A DNA stretch of 62,274 bases, filler included, from Asterionella formosa (Eukaryota): NCBI GenBank assembly GCA_002256025.1. It is 19 parts of 19 records of this genome, joined end to end, with 100 filler letters (N's around TTAATTAATTAA, not from the genome) between each part and the next. Parts side by side here need not be neighbours in the genome. Positions count along the whole stretch, not along the records: positions 58,633 to 60,403 come from NKIB01001230.1; positions 60,504 to 62,274 come from NKIB01001232.1; 17 more parts are not named here. The stretch is one strand, 5' to 3'. The notes beneath the pieces were generated by a model that worked only from the letters and a program-made list of their open reading frames with translations, searched no databases and was not told the DNA's origin. Every line of letters starts with the position of its first letter. Within the stretch, counting starts at the first letter, position 1. Positions 59,134 through 62,274 of this stretch are shown one piece after another. The position numbers were made by a program, and so were the translations under genes.

Positions 59134-60403
59134 GGCCCAGTCTTACGGTTCCCGAATTACGAAGATTGAGTCGCCTGGATACCTGTTGGGTGTTTAATCT
59201 TCATGTTTTCGCCCCTCACGGGCTAAATTACTCGCAAATCCCCCCCCCCATTACGAAGATTAATCTTCGTTCGCCAGAATATTTCGAGGGTCATCGCCGA
59301 TATTGACCCAACCTCCGTATTTTCGTGAAGCAGGCAGCAATCTTCGTTTCCCGAAAGATTAATCTTCGGGCAAATAACGAAGATTGTCTCCACCAATCAG
59401 AATAGCGGAAAAATTATATAATGATGATATAGTAGTCGATACTTCAATTAGTAGTATTATCGTCATTAATATTGCATATTATTTATATATTTATCCTTAC
59501 TTTTAATATCTTTATTATGATAATGATAATTTGTAACATGACAACTCCGCCAATGCTATCGTCAACCTTCCTGGCACATTATCAACAGTGTGTGCAGCCG
59601 GAAAGCAACAATGGTTTTCATGGCAACTACCAGCAGCCTTGCCAGCTGTGTTGCAAAATGAGCTGGTTTCTCAGTTCCATTTGGAAGTTCAATCTGAAAG
59701 AGGGAATCAGCACTTGCTGTCCAACAACATCTGCTAAGCAAAAAAGAATGAATGACCTCTGGTGTCAAGGCAAGAGTCATGTTGGTGGAAGAAGTTCCTG
59801 ACAAGCAAAAAGCGCATCTTACAATTGGACATGAACACATGGGAAGCAAGACTCTTTGCAAAATTTTTCATTTGACATATTCTTTAAACTGTATCATGAC
59901 ATGACAATATCAAATGGTTGGTATGATCTGCACAGGAAAGATTGCACCAATCTTCTGTGCAAGGACCTTGAGTTGCTCCTCCTGGGTGTTCTCTACACTC
60001 TAGCAACTGGTGCTTGCTTCCCATTTGTATGTGTACATACAAACTGACATGTACACCGGAAATTTTTCATTTACTGGACTTCAAAGTTTGCAGAAAAGAA
60101 GGACTCGGTAGTTTCTAATCACAGAAGAAAGATTTTATCAATCAGCTACTTACACCCAGGAACAAGAAATGACAAACACATAGTCAAGTTTGATGCTGCT
60201 GTTTCCAATCTACATGATAGAAATTCTTTTCTTGGCAGGCAAGAGTGGAATGTCCTCACTGTTGACTCGTCTATTTCTTGTACAGGCTACTATTTCATTT
60301 GTGTTGGAGGGTACCTACAATGACCGGTGTTGATTTATCCAATCAAATATGGCAATGAACATGGAAAAGAAAGGGCATGTGGTATGATGGTGGAGTCTGT
60401 TCG
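59134..60403 (+). mobile_element. Decayed PIF/Harbinger element, left end plus transposase remnants
   Basis: TAA|GGCCCAGTCTTAC end; repeated CGAAGATT(AATCTTCG) subterminal motifs; LELLLLGVLYTL, HPGTRNDKHIVKFD, MVESVR. Confidence 0.75.
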
Positions 60404-61023
60404 NNNNNNNNNNNNNNNNNNNNNNNNNNNNNNNNNNNNNNNNNNNNTTAATTAATTAANNNNNNNNNNNNNNNNNNNNNNNNNNNNNNNNNNNNNNNNN
60501 NNNACCATGATGCCGGAACCTTTGTCCATTATAATATATGTTTGTACATATGCCCTTCGTGATATGTGCACTATATGAGCAATAAAATATGGTTTTGAAA
60601 GGGGCTTTTGTGCATATGATAAAAAACTATATAGTTAGTCACACGTTTAGTCTACCGCTGTCTATAAATATCTTTGTAAATATTCAATACCGGAATATAA
60701 ACTTGTGCAGAATACAGAATGCATCATCTTGTACTATGAAAACTTTGCATGACTGATGAAGACATTTTGAGAATTTATTTATCCATATCTAGAGTACGTG
60801 TTTGAACTTTTAAACATAGTAGGTGTAGGTGTAGTAAGTGTTGGTAGATGTGCAGCAGTAAAGGAGGAATAGTAGTAGTGGTTGTTAGTTTTTGGATCGA
60901 CAGGTACAATACAAACTCTAGATGCTACAATACACTAGCTCTGTGCATTAAACAAACATACTGACCTAGCTAGTTGTTATATTGTCAAAAGTGTGAATCA
61001 CATCTGGGTGTAGCCTATATAGT

Positions 61024-61968
61024 ATGCTCACAGATTCATCATTGCAAATATCGTTGCAAATGAGTACTGGTACATGGTACATGATATATACCATACAGTC
61101 ACACATTGCTGACAAAAAAGCAGTTGAAAAAGCCCAGCGTCGGCCTCAAGGGAGGTGGAGAGTCATGGCAACATTTGTGATGATTGGCATCTTAGTTTTC
61201 ATCATTGCTATTGTCAAAGGGAAGCCCAAACGGCCAGCAGACCCATCTCCTACATCATCACCTTCATCATCACTTTCATCATTGTTGTTGACACCATCAC
61301 CTACATCATCACCTTCATCATTTTCATTGTTTAATTTCTTGGCTGAAAATTCATTTGATTATGGAGCAGCACTTGAAACTGATGGATCCTCACAACAAAA
61401 GGCACTGAAATGGTTGGAGTCGACAGTATATAATAGTGTCAGCAAATTCTATGCCTTGGCAGTGTTTAATTATGCCATTGGTGAAACCTTTCAAGACTTT
61501 CAAGCAATGCATGGTTGTCAGATAATGGAATTGTTTCTGGATACTATTTTTGTAACTGGTATTACATTATTTGCAATAGTGGGGGTGTTATCACTAATTT
61601 GGGACCTTTTTCTTCTGAACTTGATGGATCTCTTCCGCCCAAGATTGGACTTTTGACAAGTCTCACTGTTCTAAATTTGTCTGACAATTTCTTCGCTGGC
61701 ACACTTCCAACAGAGATTGGAGACTTGACAAGTCTTGAAGTCATGATAGATTTGTCTGACAATTTCTTCAATGGCACACTTCCCTCGCTCAGAGATTGGA
61801 TGAATGAAAAATCTCAAATATCTAGATTTGAGCTACAATAGCTTCTCAGATACAGCACCAGATGAGATATGGATTGCACTTTCGAAAGATATTGGTTATC
61901 TATGTTTGACTGGCAATCAATTTGATGATCCAAACCTTCTTATGCTTTGTGGTAGTTATACTTCTTAA
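61024..61968 (+). pseudogene. Diatom-type membrane-anchored LRR protein (TM, Pro/Ser/Thr stalk, LRR), frameshifted
   Basis: TM segment, PSPTSSPSS stalk, SSQQKALKWL..FYALAVF, then in a second frame LDGSLPPKIGLLTSLTVLNLSDNFFAGTLPTEIG. Confidence 0.75.
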
Positions 61969-62274
61969 CAGTGGCCCACATGTGTCATGGTGATGCACAG
62001 CAGAATTTAAAAACTATATATTATATGGACATATTAAGGATTCTTTTTTAGTTCCATTCATATTCATATAATTATGATTACAAATAGTTTCATCTATTAT
62101 TTTATACAATGCGAAATAACAGTACCGGTAAGTAATATGTATCAGGCATATAGACAAGTAATTGCTATATAACATATTAAGTACCGGTAGTGTAATATAT
62201 AGTGTTGAAACATATTAGAGATTCCTGATTCCAGATCAGATTATGAAAGTGTTAACTCTCTCAATTCTGACTAC

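Overview
Eukaryotic nuclear DNA, most likely a diatom (short GT-AG introns, CoDi-like copia Gag proteins, a helicase-associated domain, diatom-style TM-stalk-LRR and ARM proteins). It is not one locus. It is 19 contigs joined by 18 artificial 100-nt linkers (N44-TTAATTAATTAA-N44): one 28.5-kb contig (1881-30406) and eighteen of about 1.77-1.78 kb, so adjacency across linkers means nothing. Host genes: an intronless BIG/Sec7 ARF-GEF, a 4-exon ABCF (GCN20/ABCF3-like) ATPase, an acidic orphan with recent internal duplications, and partial genes for a FadE-type acyl-CoA dehydrogenase, a GATase-II+SIS protein, a TM-RING-H2 ligase, an HA-domain protein, ARM and LRR proteins and a Crinkler-like Ubl+P-loop protein. 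Much of the rest is transposon debris: copia, Ngaro/DIRS, APE-LINE, pogo, Harbinger, Crypton-like and Plavaka. Best leads: (1) a DNA-transposon family with 5'-CATCT termini that cuts cleanly into four unrelated sequences and lies just upstream of a Plavaka transposase; (2) pervasive TA-CC(W)GG-TA motifs and arrays that look like accumulated Tc1/pogo excision footprints, including an exact filled/empty pair; (3) a microexon ORF inside a CATCT element that the six-frame track cannot see; (4) a spliced Crinkler-type gene in an alga. All family calls rest on motif recognition by eye; no searches were run.
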